Of a stretch of 64,000 nt of DNA, positions 1-11,251 are shown piece by piece. Source of the stretch: Escherichia coli. Lineage in GTDB: Bacteria > Pseudomonadota > Gammaproteobacteria > Enterobacterales > Enterobacteriaceae. The notes under the pieces are model-generated. The model made no database searches. It worked only from the letters and a program-made list of their open reading frames with translations, and had not been told where the DNA came from. The stretch's first letter is position 1. The number at the start of each line of letters is the position of its first letter. Position numbers and translations under genes: made by a program. The DNA lies in NCBI RefSeq assembly GCF_013315695.1, contig NZ_CP054353.1; one strand, written 5' to 3'.

Positions 1-79
1 CACCAGAAAGGCGCTTAAGAAACGGGTGATGCTGCCAACTTACTGATTTAGTGTATGATGGTGTTTTTGAGGTGCTCCA

Positions 80-355
80 GTGGCTTCTGTTTCTATCAGC
101 TGTCCCTCCTGTTCAGCTACTGACGGGGTGGTGCGTAACGGCAAAAGCACCGCCGGACATCAGCGCTATCTCTGCTCTCACTGCCGTAAAACATGGCAAC
201 TGCAGTTCACTTACACCGCTTCTCAACCCGGTACGCACCAGAAAATCATTGATATGGCCATGAATGGCGTTGGATGCCGGGCAACAGCCCGCATTATGGG
301 CGTTGGCCTCAACACGATTTTACGTCACTTAAAAAACTCAGGCCGCAGTCGGTAA
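80..355 (+). CDS. insA: IS1 protein InsA (91 aa)
   Basis: ORF track 91 aa [16 protein letters not shown]...; recognised InsA sequence. Confidence 0.9.
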
Positions 356-777
356 CCTCGCGCATACAGCCGGGCAGTGACGTCATCGTCTGCGCGGAAA
401 TGGACGAACAGTGGGGCTATGTCGGGGCTAAATCGCGCCAGCGCTGGCTGTTTTACGCGTATGACAGGCTCCGGAAGACGGTTGTTGCGCACGTATTCGG
501 TGAACGCACTATGGCGACGCTGGGGCGTCTTATGAGCCTGCTGTCACCCTTTGACGTGGTGATATGGATGACGGATGGCTGGCCGCTGTATGAATCCCGC
601 CTGAAGGGAAAGCTGCACGTAATCAGCAAGCGATATACGCAGCGAATTGAGCGGCATAACCTGAATCTGAGGCAGCACCTGGCACGGCTGGGACGGAAGT
701 CGCTGTCGTTCTCAAAATCGGTGGAGCTGCATGACAAAGTCATCGGGCATTATCTGAACATAAAACACTATCAATAA
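274..777 (+). CDS. insB: IS1 InsB reading frame (167 aa); transposase is made as InsAB by -1 frameshift
   Basis: ORF track 167 aa [16 protein letters not shown]...; overlaps insA 3' end as in IS1. Confidence 0.9.
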
Positions 778-846
778 GTTGGAGTCATTACCGGATTTTC
801 TTAACCCGTACTATACACATAGGGGCAATGATAAAAGGTGGCAAAA

Positions 847-942
847 ATGAATGTTTCCAGTAGAACTGTAGTACTGATAAATGTCTTTGCTGCTGTTGGT
901 TTGTTTACTCTTATCTCTATGAGATTTGGCTGGTTTATTTGA
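847..942 (+). CDS. yncL: Small membrane protein YncL (31 aa)
   Basis: Hand-translated ATG..TGA: MNVSSRTVVLINVFAAVGLFTLISMRFGWFI; position next to patD as in K-12. Confidence 0.6.
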   Translation: MNVSSRTVVLINVFAAVGLFTLISMRFGWFI

Positions 943-1038
943 TGTAGTGATTTTGCACGCAGCACGTACTGTCAGAGAAATCAGTGCTCTGACAGTACGC
1001 AAGATCATCTCATACTCTTACGATCTGCAATATTATCC

Positions 1039-2463
1039 TTAATGTTTAACCATGACGTGGCGGACGACGGTGTAATCCTCCAGCCCATAAAGTGACATAT
1101 CCTTGCCGTAACCAGAAAGTTTCTGCCCACCGTGCGGCATTTCACTTACCAGCATGAAATGGGTATTGACCCAGGTACAACCATATTGCAGCCGCGCGCT
1201 GACGCGATGCGCCCTGCCCACATCTTTCGTCCATACCGAGGATGCAAGTCCGTACTGACTGTCATTCGCCCAGTTCACCACCTGTTCTTCGTTGTCGAAG
1301 AGCGTAACACTCACTACCGGACCAAATACCTCTTTTTGCACGATGGCATCATCCTGTAATGCGCCAGCCAGTAGCGTCGGCGCATAGTAATAGCCATTAC
1401 CCTTGCGCTTTTCACCACCGGTGATCACTTTGATGTGCCCTGTCGCTTTCGCCTCTTCTACCGCCTTGCTGACGCGTTCGAGATGCGCCAGCGAGCTTAA
1501 AGGTCCAAGCTCCGTAGACTCGTCAGCCGGTGCACCCGATTTTAACGTTGCCACCGCAGCACCGAGTTTTTCCACCAGCGTATCGTAAATGCCTTTTTGC
1601 GCGTAGATCCGACAAGCCGCTGTACAATCCTGTCCGGCATTGTAATAGCCAAAAGTACGTACACCTTCGACCACTGCTTCAATATCCGCATCATCAAAAA
1701 CAATCACTGGCGCTTTGCCACCAAGTTCCATATGAGTACGCTTAATCGACGGCGCGGTATGGCTGATGATGTGCTCGCCGGTGGCGATAGAGCCCGTCAG
1801 CGACACCATCCGCACTTTAGGATGTCCGGTCAGCGGATCGCCCACCGTTTTGCCTCTGCCAAACAGTACGTTAATCACGCCTGCCGGGAAGATATCTTTC
1901 GCCAGCTCTGCCAACTTCAACGCGGTCAGCGGGGTAATTTCTGATGGTTTAAGCACTACGCAGTTCCCTGCCGCCAGCGCCGGAGCCAGTTTCCACGCGG
2001 CCATCATCAGCGGATAATTCCACGGTGCGATAGAAGCCACGACCCCCAACGGATCGCGACGGATCATCGAAGTATGACCTTCAAGATATTCACCTGCCGC
2101 CAGACCATTCAGACAGCGCGCCGCACCCGCGAAAAAGCGAAAGACATCGACAATCGCCGGGATTTCATCATTGAACGCACTATGCAGTGGTTTGCCACAA
2201 TTACGGGACTCCAGTTCGGCAAAAACCTGACCATTTTCTTCGATAACATCAGCCAGTTTCAGCAGACATTCCGCACGCACTTTCGGCGTGGTTTGCCCCC
2301 ATTCGGCAAATGCTGCATCTGCCGCGCGCACAGCAGCATCGACCTGCTCTGCGGATGCCTCGGCAATCTCCAGTAAAACGTCCCCCGTTGCCGGATTATA
2401 GACAGGCTGTTTTTCCCCTTCGCCGCTAACCAGTTCTCCGTTAATCAGTAACTTATGTTGCAT
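1039..2463 (-). CDS. patD: Gamma-aminobutyraldehyde dehydrogenase (474 aa)
   Basis: [30 protein letters not shown]...; aldehyde dehydrogenase family, recognised as PatD/YdcW. Confidence 0.9.
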   Translation of the reverse strand: MQHKLLINGELVSGEGEKQPVYNPATGDVLLEIAEASAEQVDAAVRAADAAFAEWGQTTPKVRAECLLKLADVIEENGQVFAELESRNCGKPLHSAFNDEIPAIVDVFRFFAGAARCLNGLAAGEYLEGHTSMIRRDPLGVVASIAPWNYPLMMAAWKLAPALAAGNCVVLKPSEITPLTALKLAELAKDIFPAGVINVLFGRGKTVGDPLTGHPKVRMVSLTGSIATGEHIISHTAPSIKRTHMELGGKAPVIVFDDADIEAVVEGVRTFGYYNAGQDCTAACRIYAQKGIYDTLVEKLGAAVATLKSGAPADESTELGPLSSLAHLERVSKAVEEAKATGHIKVITGGEKRKGNGYYYAPTLLAGALQDDAIVQKEVFGPVVSVTLFDNEEQVVNWANDSQYGLASSVWTKDVGRAHRVSARLQYGCTWVNTHFMLVSEMPHGGQKLSGYGKDMSLYGLEDYTVVRHVMVKH

Positions 2464-2484
2464 AGCATATTCCTGTATCAGTGG

Positions 2485-3279
2485 TTATTGACCATTGTCG
2501 CCTTCGCGGGTTAGCCACCAGGCTCCCAGGATCGGCAAGGTTGTTACCAACATAACCAGCAGTGCCACGACGTTGGTTACCGGTACATCACGTGGTCGCC
2601 CAAGCTGATTGAGTAACCACAACGGTAACGTTCGTTCATGACCTGCCGTAAAAGTCGTAACGATGATTTCATCGAACGACAAAGCAAACGCCAGCATTCC
2701 TCCTGCCAGTAGCGCCGAACTGAGATTCGGCAACACTACGTAGCGGAAGGTTTGCCAGCCATTGGCCCCAAGATCCATTGACGCCTCAACCAGACTCCAC
2801 GAGGTGCGGCGAAAACGGGCGATGACATTGTTAAACACCACCACTACGCAAAAAGTCGCATGGCCGACCACGATGGTGAAAAATCCCGGCTCCAGATTGA
2901 TGGTTTTAAAGGCGGTTAATAGCGCCAGACCAGTGACAATGCCCGGCAGCGCAATGGGCAGCAGCAGTAACAGCGAAATGGCATTTTTGCCGAAAAAGTC
3001 TCGTCGCCACAGCGCAGCAGCTGCCAGCGTCCCTAACACCAGCGCGATTAATGTCGCCAGCGCTGCCACTTTAAGTGACAGTGTCACGGAATCAAGAATA
3101 TCACTACGCTGTGCTGCCACGCTAAACCAGCGCAGCGTCAGGCCTTGCGGTGGAAAACTAAACGCCGCATCTTCAGTGTTAAATGCATAGGCGGCGATAA
3201 TCAGGATAGGAAAATGTAGGAAAACTACGCCGCCCCAGGCCGCCAGTTTGAGGAAAAACGGTGCGCGTTCAGAGTGCAT
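2485..3279 (-). CDS. ydcV: ABC transporter permease (264 aa)
   Basis: Multi-pass membrane ORF in ydcSTUV operon order. Confidence 0.85.
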   Translation of the reverse strand: MHSERAPFFLKLAAWGGVVFLHFPILIIAAYAFNTEDAAFSFPPQGLTLRWFSVAAQRSDILDSVTLSLKVAALATLIALVLGTLAAAALWRRDFFGKNAISLLLLLPIALPGIVTGLALLTAFKTINLEPGFFTIVVGHATFCVVVVFNNVIARFRRTSWSLVEASMDLGANGWQTFRYVVLPNLSSALLAGGMLAFALSFDEIIVTTFTAGHERTLPLWLLNQLGRPRDVPVTNVVALLVMLVTTLPILGAWWLTREGDNGQ

Positions 3280-4210
3280 CGAACGCTCCCAGACGTTTCA
3301 CGAACGCCAGGTACAGTGCGATGAGAACAATCGGCACCAGGGTGAATGCCGCCGCCATCGGCATATTGCCAATCGCTCCCTGCTGGGAATAAACCATATT
3401 GCCGATAAAATATCCTGGCGGGCCAACCAGTTGCGGGACGATAAAATCACCCAGTGTGAGTGAGAAGGTAAAGATAGAGCCAGCGGCAATACCCGGGATC
3501 GCCAGCGGCAACACTACATAGCGGAAAGTTTGTCTAGGACGAGCGCCAAGATCAGCCGACGCCTGCAACAATGACGGCGGCAAACGCTCCAGCGCTGCCT
3601 GCACCGGCAGGATCATGAACGGCAGCCAGATATAAAGAAACACGAGAAAGCGTCCCAGTCCTGACGTTGACAGCGTATTGCCGCCCACCGCCGGTAGTGT
3701 GAGAAACGCCGTGAGTAGTGGCTCCAGCCCAAGATGCTGTAAAAACCACTGCGCTACACCGTCTTTAGCCAGCAATAATGTCCAGGCATAGGCTTTAACA
3801 ATGTAGCTTGCCCACATGGGTAACATTACCGCAATGTAGAAGAACGCTTTCATTTTTCCGCTGGTATAGCGCGCCATATACCACGCCATTGGAAAAGCCA
3901 GAATGGCGCTGGCGATAGTGACTGCCACAGCCATAATCAGCGTGCGGAGAATGATGTCGTAATTCGCCGGATTAAACAGCGCACGGATATTGGCCAGCGT
4001 CAGTTCCGGCGTTACCGACATGGTGAAATCGTCAAAGGTATAAAAGCCCTGCCATAACAGCGTTAGCAGCGAGCCAAAATAGACAATGCCAAACCACATT
4101 AGCGGGCCAAGCAGCAGTAAAAACAGCCCCAGCCCCGGATTACGCCAGAAGAAACCGGAAACCTTACCCAGACCTGGACGTGAAGGTGATTGCAATACAT
4201 TCATCGCCAT
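3269..4210 (-). CDS. ydcU: ABC transporter permease (313 aa)
   Basis: Multi-pass membrane ORF; overlaps ydcV start; operon synteny. Confidence 0.85.
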   Translation of the reverse strand: MAMNVLQSPSRPGLGKVSGFFWRNPGLGLFLLLLGPLMWFGIVYFGSLLTLLWQGFYTFDDFTMSVTPELTLANIRALFNPANYDIILRTLIMAVAVTIASAILAFPMAWYMARYTSGKMKAFFYIAVMLPMWASYIVKAYAWTLLLAKDGVAQWFLQHLGLEPLLTAFLTLPAVGGNTLSTSGLGRFLVFLYIWLPFMILPVQAALERLPPSLLQASADLGARPRQTFRYVVLPLAIPGIAAGSIFTFSLTLGDFIVPQLVGPPGYFIGNMVYSQQGAIGNMPMAAAFTLVPIVLIALYLAFVKRLGAFDAL

Positions 4211-5224
4211 TCACCTCTCCTCAACCAGCGGCACCATCACATCACGCGACCAGGAAACCATCACCTGTTGACCGGGCGTGAGCGTATTGGGTAAGTCTTC
4301 GCCCGTTACATTTGCCTGGCTAACCAGCAGTTTTTCTCCACCGCTAAGTTTCAGTTCAAAACGTGTGGCTGCCCCCTGATATTGCACCGCCTGAATCGTG
4401 CCATTAGCCTGCACTTCGCCGGGGATGTTGAAGCGGATATGTTCCGGTCGCAGGGCGAAGCTTCCCGTCATGCCACAAAGTTTGTCTGCCATCAGTGCAT
4501 CAAAAACATTCGATGTCCCGACGAACCCGGCAACAAACGGCGTGCGCGGGCGCATATAGAGATCGCGCGGGGAATCGACCTGCTCAATGCGTCCATTATT
4601 GAAAACCGCCACACGATCGGACATCGATAACGCTTCGCCCTGATCGTGGGTAACGAAGATAAAAGTGATACCGAGAGACTGTTGCAGCTTTTTCAGTTCC
4701 AGTTGCATCTGCTCACGCAATTTGAGATCCAGTGCGCCGAGCGGTTCATCCAACAGCAATACGCGCGGTTCATTCACCAGTGCTCTGGCAATAGCAACCC
4801 GTTGGCGCTGACCACCAGAAAGTTGTGACGGTTTACGTTGCTGTACAAACCCCAACGCCACTTTCTCCAGCGCCTCCTGCGCCATCGCATGCCGCTGCTT
4901 TTTATTCACGCCTTTGACCATCAGCCCATAGGCGACATTGTCAAGAATCGACATATGCGGGAATAGCGCGTAGTCCTGAAAGACAGTATTCACGTCCCGC
5001 TCCCACGGTGGCAGATTGCTGGCGGGTTTACCAAAGATAGAGATAGCCCCGCCGGAAAGTTGTTCGAATCCAGCAATCAGGCGCAGGCAGGTGGTTTTGC
5101 CGGAACCGGACGGCCCCAGCATAGAGAAGAACTCACCATCTTTTATCGCAATACTGACGCCATCTACTGCGCGCACGTCACCGTACAACCGTGAGACGTT
5201 GTCAAACTCCACTGCGTACGTCAT
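4211..5224 (-). CDS. ydcT: ABC transporter ATP-binding protein (337 aa)
   Basis: Walker A GPSGSGKTT, signature LSGGQRQR, Walker B LLLDEP in translation. Confidence 0.9.
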   Translation of the reverse strand: MTYAVEFDNVSRLYGDVRAVDGVSIAIKDGEFFSMLGPSGSGKTTCLRLIAGFEQLSGGAISIFGKPASNLPPWERDVNTVFQDYALFPHMSILDNVAYGLMVKGVNKKQRHAMAQEALEKVALGFVQQRKPSQLSGGQRQRVAIARALVNEPRVLLLDEPLGALDLKLREQMQLELKKLQQSLGITFIFVTHDQGEALSMSDRVAVFNNGRIEQVDSPRDLYMRPRTPFVAGFVGTSNVFDALMADKLCGMTGSFALRPEHIRFNIPGEVQANGTIQAVQYQGAATRFELKLSGGEKLLVSQANVTGEDLPNTLTPGQQVMVSWSRDVMVPLVEER

Positions 5225-5241
5225 AAAACACCCCAGCGAAG

Positions 5242-6387
5242 TTAGCGACCACCCATAATGGCAATGTAATCCTGCGTCCAGCGACTGTAGGGAACAAACT
5301 TGCCCCCTTCTGCTATAGGCGTTTTCCAGAAGGCGATTTTATCGAAATAGTTAAAACCGTTTGTTTCACAACCTTTCTCGCCTAATAACGGACTGGCTTT
5401 ACACCCTTGCGGCACTACTGGTAGCGAGCCAAACCAGGCCGCCACATCGCCCTGCACTTTTGGGGTTAATGACCAGTTCATCCATTTGTAGGCGCAAACC
5501 GGATGTTTCGCTTCGCTATGTAGCATGGTGGTATCAGCCCAACCGGTAACGCCCTCCTTCGGGAAAACGGTAGCGACAGGCTGGCCTTCGGCTTTCAGGG
5601 CGTTGGCCTGATAGGGCCATGCACTGGAAGCAACCACACCCTCGTTTTTGAAATCGCTCATTTGCACGGTAGTGTCATGCCAGTAGCGATGGATCAAACT
5701 ATGTTGATCGCGCAGCACTTTCAGCACCGCCTGGTACTGTTCTTCGGTGAGTTGATACGGATCGCTGATGCCCAACTGTGGCTGAGTGGCTTTAACGAAC
5801 AACGCAGCGTCCGCAATGTAGATAGGGCCATCATAAGCCTGAACGCGGCCTTTATTGCTCTTGCCGTCCGGCAGATTCTGCTCAACAAAAACCACTTGCC
5901 AGCTATTCGGCGGCGTCGGGAAGGTTTTAGTGTTGTACATCAGCAGGTTCGGCCCCCATTGGTAAGGTGTGCCGTAAACTTTGCCGCCAACGTTAAACCA
6001 GTCGCCTTTAACCACGCGCGGATCGAGCGCTTTCCAGTTGGGAATCAATGCGGTATTAATCGGCTGCACGCGTTTGCCCATAATCAGGCGCAGCGAGGCA
6101 TCGCCGGATGCCGTAACCAGATCGTAACCCCCTTTGGTCATCAGACTGACCATTTCATCGGAAGTCGCGGCGGTTTTCACATTCACCGCGCAGCCTGTCT
6201 CTTTTTCGAATTGCGTTACCCAGTCGTATTGTTTATCAGTTTGTCCGCGTTCGATGTATCCCGGCCAGGCGATAATATCCAGTCGCCCTTCCGGTTTATC
6301 TAAATTGGTAGGCGGTTCGGCGGCGTGAGCGGTCATTATTGTCATGGTGAGCGCACACAGGCTGCTGCGGGCAAATATCTTGCTCAT
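5242..6387 (-). CDS. ydcS: Periplasmic substrate-binding protein of polyamine-type ABC transporter (381 aa)
   Basis: Signal-peptide-like N terminus; operon synteny with ydcTUV. Confidence 0.85.
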   Translation of the reverse strand: MSKIFARSSLCALTMTIMTAHAAEPPTNLDKPEGRLDIIAWPGYIERGQTDKQYDWVTQFEKETGCAVNVKTAATSDEMVSLMTKGGYDLVTASGDASLRLIMGKRVQPINTALIPNWKALDPRVVKGDWFNVGGKVYGTPYQWGPNLLMYNTKTFPTPPNSWQVVFVEQNLPDGKSNKGRVQAYDGPIYIADAALFVKATQPQLGISDPYQLTEEQYQAVLKVLRDQHSLIHRYWHDTTVQMSDFKNEGVVASSAWPYQANALKAEGQPVATVFPKEGVTGWADTTMLHSEAKHPVCAYKWMNWSLTPKVQGDVAAWFGSLPVVPQGCKASPLLGEKGCETNGFNYFDKIAFWKTPIAEGGKFVPYSRWTQDYIAIMGGR

Positions 6388-6631
6388 AAGGTCTTACTCC
6401 TGTCGTAATTAATTGTTCAGCCGCCGTGCCGTAAAAATATCTCCTTGTTTAACCATAGACGGCGGCTAGCAGGCACACCTTCGCCCCTGAGAAAATTTAA
6501 TCAGGTTGTGAGCTACCGCGCATTATGCCCTCTGTAAGGTTATCTTCTGGAGTATAGACAAGGAGTTAGGAAATATGACTGCTATTCGAAATTCATATTA
6601 CCCATCCTGAGAGGAATTAAATTAAACGCTA

Positions 6632-8038
6632 TTACAGCCGTTCTTGAATAAGTTTGCCTAATTGTTTTACCGCCTGTTCTTCACGTTCTCCCCACTGCCA
6701 CGCGGTATTAAAACGAAAAAAACGTGACCAGTTTTCACCGGTAGAAAACATTTTACCCGGCGCAATACTGATATGATGCGTCAGTGCCACCAGGCTTAAT
6801 TCTCCTGCATCTAACGGCTCGGGGAGCTCCAGCCAGAGAAAATAACCGCTGTCATTGTGATGAATTTTGACTTCCGCAGGCAGATAACGCAGCAAAGCCT
6901 GCCAGGCGCGTTGTTTACGTTCCGCAAGCTGGCGACGCAGACGACGAAGATGAGCATCGTATCGGCGAGTAGAAAGGTAATCCACCAGCGCAAGCTGCAT
7001 CGGTGAGCTGGTGGAAAGCGTACTCATCAACTGCAAGCGTTGAATTTTACGTGCATGTTTTCCGGCGGCGACCCAACCAATACGAAAACCAGGCACCAGA
7101 CATTTCGAAAACGAAGAGCAATGCAAAACACCATCGTGGTGATCCCACGCTTTCGCAGGCAGCGGTTTTTCCCGTCCAAAATAAAGTTCGCTGTAAACGT
7201 CATCTTCAATCAGCGTTACGTTGTACTGATTGAGCAACGCCACCAGTTGTGCTTTTTTTTGCGGTGTTAAGGTAAATCCGAGTGGATTCTGGCTATTAGT
7301 CATCAGCCAGCACGCTTTCACCGGATACTCCTGCAACGCCAGTTCCAACGCCTGAAGATCTATCCCTTCTTTAACATCCGTCGCCACTGATAACGCTTTC
7401 AGCCGTAGCCGTTCCAGCGCCTGCAACGCGCCATAGAAACAAGGATTCTCTACTATCACCCAATCGCCCGGTTCAGTGACCGCTTGTAAACTGAGGTTTA
7501 ATGCCTCTAACGCCCCGACGGTAATGACAATTTCATCAGGAGAAATAGTGATGCCCTGTAAGGCATAGCGACGAGCAATAGCCTGACGCAGTTCTGCGTT
7601 TCCTGGCGGTAAGTTTTCAATCACGCTCATCGCCGTGGCGGTTTTGCTTACCTGCGCCAGCGAGCGGTTTAGTTGTTGGAGGGGGAAAAGTCGCGGGTCG
7701 GGAAAGGCCGAGGCAAACGGAACGACCGACGGATCGCGACTGGCCTGCAACATATCAAAAATATAAGTGTTGATATCGACTGCTTCATCTCGAGTGACTG
7801 GAATGACTGGCGCTTTCGGCATTTTTATTGCCTGTGGCGCAACGTAATAACCCGACTGCGGTCGTGCGATAATATATCCCTGACTTTCGAGCAACTGATA
7901 GGCATGGCTCACGGTCATAAAGCTCATGCCAGAAAGTGCCACCTGGTCACGCAACGAAGGCAAACGATCTCCGGGTTGCCAGATACCCGACGCAATCTGC
8001 TCGCGTAATTGTTCTGCAAGCTGCTGGTATTTTTTCAT
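6632..8038 (-). CDS. ydcR: MocR/GntR-type regulator with aminotransferase-like domain (468 aa)
   Basis: N-terminal HTH region plus long PLP-fold-like domain; synteny. Confidence 0.85.
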   Translation of the reverse strand: MKKYQQLAEQLREQIASGIWQPGDRLPSLRDQVALSGMSFMTVSHAYQLLESQGYIIARPQSGYYVAPQAIKMPKAPVIPVTRDEAVDINTYIFDMLQASRDPSVVPFASAFPDPRLFPLQQLNRSLAQVSKTATAMSVIENLPPGNAELRQAIARRYALQGITISPDEIVITVGALEALNLSLQAVTEPGDWVIVENPCFYGALQALERLRLKALSVATDVKEGIDLQALELALQEYPVKACWLMTNSQNPLGFTLTPQKKAQLVALLNQYNVTLIEDDVYSELYFGREKPLPAKAWDHHDGVLHCSSFSKCLVPGFRIGWVAAGKHARKIQRLQLMSTLSTSSPMQLALVDYLSTRRYDAHLRRLRRQLAERKQRAWQALLRYLPAEVKIHHNDSGYFLWLELPEPLDAGELSLVALTHHISIAPGKMFSTGENWSRFFRFNTAWQWGEREEQAVKQLGKLIQERL

Positions 8039-8147
8039 TATCGAATCGTTATTATGTGCAGGTGATTCGGCAGTCTATATCAGTTGTTAAAAATGACAAC
8101 TTTTCATTAACTGTTATCAAACCATCACCAGCGATAACTCCTTGCCT

Positions 8148-8183
<36 letters not shown>

Positions 8184-8358
8184 TTACCTCCGTGTGTAAT
8201 GTGCTCGAAAATAGCACTAAATCGCCGCAACGGCAGAATGCTATGCAAAATCAGGAAGGAAGATTCCAGAATTTCTTTGCGCTAATTTGCAAAACTGAAT
8301 AATAACCTCAAGAAACGATCGGCATCATAGCGTCAAAAGGTTAGAAAAAGGTGGCGGG

Positions 8359-8589
8359 ATGTTTTCGAAGGCGTTATCGGTTGTCTTATTAACGTGTGCA
8401 CTGTTCTCAGGACAACTCATGGCAGGGCACAAAGGACATGAATTTATGTGGGTAAAGAATGTGGATCATCAGCTGCGTCATGAAGCGGACAGCGATGAAT
8501 TGCGTGCTGTGGCGGAAGAGTCGGCGGAAGGTTTGCGCGAGCATTTTTACTGGCAAAAATCGCGCAAACCAGAAGCGGGACAGCGTTGA
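8359..8589 (+). CDS. yncJ: Secreted small protein YncJ (76 aa)
   Basis: ORF MFSKALSVVLLTCALFSGQLMAGHKGHEF...; signal peptide; synteny. Confidence 0.7.
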   Translation: MFSKALSVVLLTCALFSGQLMAGHKGHEFMWVKNVDHQLRHEADSDELRAVAEESAEGLREHFYWQKSRKPEAGQR

Positions 8590-8600
8590 GTCATTTGTTG

Positions 8601-8632
8601 CCGGATACGGCGTAACGCCTTACCCGGCCGAC
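8601..8632. repeat. REP (repetitive extragenic palindromic) element
   Basis: GCCGGATACGGCGTAACGCCTTACCCGGCC resembles the REP consensus, just downstream of yncJ. Confidence 0.5.
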
Positions 8633-8680
8633 AATATCATGCAGATTTGATAAGTTGTGAGTAACCAGAAAACTGGCGTT

Positions 8681-10684
8681 TTACCCTTTTCGCTTCGGCA
8701 ATGTTTTCAGCAGATCATCCGGACTTACGGATGCCACTACGCTTCCCGGTAACGGCATTTTCAGTATGTGATTTTTGATTTTGCCAATGACGTGCATCTC
8801 GCATGGGCGGCAATCAAACTTTAGCGTTAATACTTCATCGCCGTTAACCAGTTGCATTGGCGTTGCCTTCCAGCTTTTGATATTGCCTTTCGCCTGTTTC
8901 GGGCACAGATTAAAGGCAAAGCGCAGACAATGCTTGGTGATCATCACCGGGACTTCGCCCTTCTCTTCATGTGCCTCATACGCCGCGTCAATCAGCTGCA
9001 CACCATAGCGATGATAAAATTCACGCGCTTTCTGGTTGTATACGTTCGCGAGGAAACTCAGATGCGTTTGCGGATAAACCGGCGCAGGATCAGCAACCGG
9101 TTTACGGCTGCCCCGCTGGTAACCGGCAAGACGTGCAGCATCCAGCATGTCGGCGGCTTCACGGCGGAACTGGTTTAACAGACTGTTTGGTACAAACAGC
9201 GCACCCGGCAAATTAATTTGCACATCGCGGGCGTAATAGATGGTTTGCCCCAGTTTTGCCAGACCATCCTTTAGATTGTTCATTGCTTTTTCGGCGTTAT
9301 TGGCTTCGTCGAACTGCCCGTCCAGCGTATGCGTGATGCTGACACCCTCTTCACTGGTGAGGGTCAGAATCAGTTGTTCCTGCCAGCCGCCCAGTTCAAT
9401 GTCTACCGCCACCCGACGTTCGCTGGAGGTTTTTGTCAGTGCCTGCTGCCAGTTATGATCAAGATTACGGTTTAGTGGGTGATGCGGGCGAATTTTGTGC
9501 AAATCTGCTGGCATTTCATTGGGCCAGACGCGGTACTGATTTTCTCCGGTTTTCTCGACCGTATTGGCACGAAAGCCGACGACTTCACGTTTAATCATCA
9601 CGTTCAGGCCATCGCCATTTGCCAGTGGTTCGGAAACGGCAACATCGAGATGATCTTTCGCCACTTTCAATACTTCACCCACCGGCAGGCCGATAAATTT
9701 CGGCGAATCGAACGCGCCAATATCGCCTTTACGGGCATTCACAAAATAATCTGTGCTACCACGGTGGAAAGTCTTTTCCGTCGATGGAACAAAGAAATGT
9801 TCAGTACGACCTGATGAAGCACGCGTCAGATCGCCACGTTCTTCAATAATGGCATCCAGCATCTGGCGATAATGGGCGGTGATATTCTTCACGTAGCTCA
9901 TATCTTTGTAACGCCCTTCAATCTTGAAGGAGCGTACGCCAGCATCAATCAGCGCGCCGAGGTTGGCAGTCTGATCGTTATCTTTCATCGACAGCAGATG
10001 TTTTTCATAGGAAACCACCCGCCCCTGATCGTCTTTCAATGTGTATGGCAAACGGCACGCCTGCGAGCAATCGCCACGGTTGGCGCTACGCCCTGTTTGC
10101 GCATGAGAAATGTAGCACTGACCCGAATAGGCCACGCACAGTGCGCCATGAATAAAGAATTCAATGGTCGCGTCCGTGGCCTGGTGAATCGCGCGGATCT
10201 GCTCAAGATTCAGCTCTCGCGCCAGCACAATCTGCGTAAAGCCAACATCAGAGAGGAACTTCGCTTTTTCTACTGTGCGAATATCGCACTGCGTACTGGC
10301 GTGCAGTTCAATCGGCGGAATATCAAGTTCCAGAATCCCCATATCCTGAACAATCAGCGCATCGACGCCGGTCTGGTAGAGGTCAGTAATCAGCCGTTGC
10401 GCGGGTTCCAGCTCATCATCATGCAAAATTGTGTTAAGCGTGACGAAAATTTTTGCACCATAACGATGGGCAAATGGCACCAGCTCGGCAATATCTTTCA
10501 GGCTATTACTGGCATTATGACGGGCACCAAAACCAGGGCCGCCGATATAAACAGCATCGGCACCGTGCAAAATAGCTTCGCGGGCAATGGCGGCATCGCG
10601 TGCCGGACTTAACAGTTCAAGACGATGAGAAGATACGGTCACTTTCTTATCCAGTAGCTGAAAAATGGCGGCTATTTTAGCCAC
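8681..10684 (-). CDS. ydcP: Peptidase U32-family protein YdcP/RlhA (ORF 667 aa; K-12-length start would be near 10642)
   Basis: Long ORF recognised as YdcP; start codon choice uncertain. Confidence 0.85.
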   Translation of the reverse strand: MAKIAAIFQLLDKKVTVSSHRLELLSPARDAAIAREAILHGADAVYIGGPGFGARHNASNSLKDIAELVPFAHRYGAKIFVTLNTILHDDELEPAQRLITDLYQTGVDALIVQDMGILELDIPPIELHASTQCDIRTVEKAKFLSDVGFTQIVLARELNLEQIRAIHQATDATIEFFIHGALCVAYSGQCYISHAQTGRSANRGDCSQACRLPYTLKDDQGRVVSYEKHLLSMKDNDQTANLGALIDAGVRSFKIEGRYKDMSYVKNITAHYRQMLDAIIEERGDLTRASSGRTEHFFVPSTEKTFHRGSTDYFVNARKGDIGAFDSPKFIGLPVGEVLKVAKDHLDVAVSEPLANGDGLNVMIKREVVGFRANTVEKTGENQYRVWPNEMPADLHKIRPHHPLNRNLDHNWQQALTKTSSERRVAVDIELGGWQEQLILTLTSEEGVSITHTLDGQFDEANNAEKAMNNLKDGLAKLGQTIYYARDVQINLPGALFVPNSLLNQFRREAADMLDAARLAGYQRGSRKPVADPAPVYPQTHLSFLANVYNQKAREFYHRYGVQLIDAAYEAHEEKGEVPVMITKHCLRFAFNLCPKQAKGNIKSWKATPMQLVNGDEVLTLKFDCRPCEMHVIGKIKNHILKMPLPGSVVASVSPDDLLKTLPKRKG

Positions 10685-10714
10685 AAGCGCGACGTTGCGA
10701 AATAGTTTTCCCGC

Positions 10715-11251
10715 TTAACTGCGCGGGTAATGGATGAGGGAATGAAAATGTACGGTTTGCTCCCCTCCATTACGATAGACATGCGTGACGTCTGCAGCAA
10801 ATCGAGCGCCTTCCCCACAATTAAGGCTCTGCCATTCACCATCAACGCACAGATCAAGTTGTCCATCAATGACGACAACATGTTCGATTACTCCCTTCTC
10901 ATGGGGCGTCGATTCACTTATTGCACCGGGTGCCATCTGAATCGAGAAGTGTTCAAAGCAGAGTTGTGGATCATAAGGAAACAGCGAAGTGATCACCATC
11001 GCCTGCTGTTGCGGATCATAAACTGAAGGCGTAGCGGACTGCGGCGGAGAAATAAATGTCGAAAATGGCACATTCAACCCGGTGGCAATTTTCCATAATG
11101 TCGCGACCGTCGGGCTGGACTCATTACGCTCAATCTGCCCTAACATCGCTTTAGAAACGCCTGTCGCTTCTGCCAGTCGCGAAAGACTCCAGCCGCGCTG
11201 CTGACGTAGTTGTTTAAGTGTGGTGGATAAAAAGCGAGTGAGATTTTCCAT
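10715..11251 (-). CDS. ydcN: XRE-family HTH regulator with C-terminal cupin domain (178 aa)
   Basis: N-terminal LKQLRQQRGWSLSRLAEATGVSKAMLGQIERNESSP HTH motif. Confidence 0.8.
   Translation of the reverse strand: MENLTRFLSTTLKQLRQQRGWSLSRLAEATGVSKAMLGQIERNESSPTVATLWKIATGLNVPFSTFISPPQSATPSVYDPQQQAMVITSLFPYDPQLCFEHFSIQMAPGAISESTPHEKGVIEHVVVIDGQLDLCVDGEWQSLNCGEGARFAADVTHVYRNGGEQTVHFHSLIHYPRS

Larger units (their letters stand above)
25..792 (+). mobile_element. IS1: IS1 insertion sequence, copy 1 (768 bp), with terminal inverted repeats
   Basis: Left end GGTGATGCTGCCAACTTACTGAT at 25, right end ...ATCAATAAGTTGGAGTCATTACC at 792; internal insA/insB ORFs present. Confidence 0.95.

Noticed and set aside
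453-743. 96-aa minus-strand ORF inside IS1 (repeated in every copy)
   Set aside because: Antisense to insB; recurs only because IS1 is repeated. Not a recognised IS1 gene.
811-1008. 65-aa minus-strand ORF between IS1 and patD
   Set aside because: Overlaps the better-supported plus-strand yncL small-protein frame.
5662-6303. 213-aa plus-strand ORF inside ydcS
   Set aside because: Antisense to the periplasmic binding protein gene; no independent support.
9872-10612. 246-aa plus-strand ORF inside ydcP
   Set aside because: Antisense to the ydcP coding sequence; no independent support.
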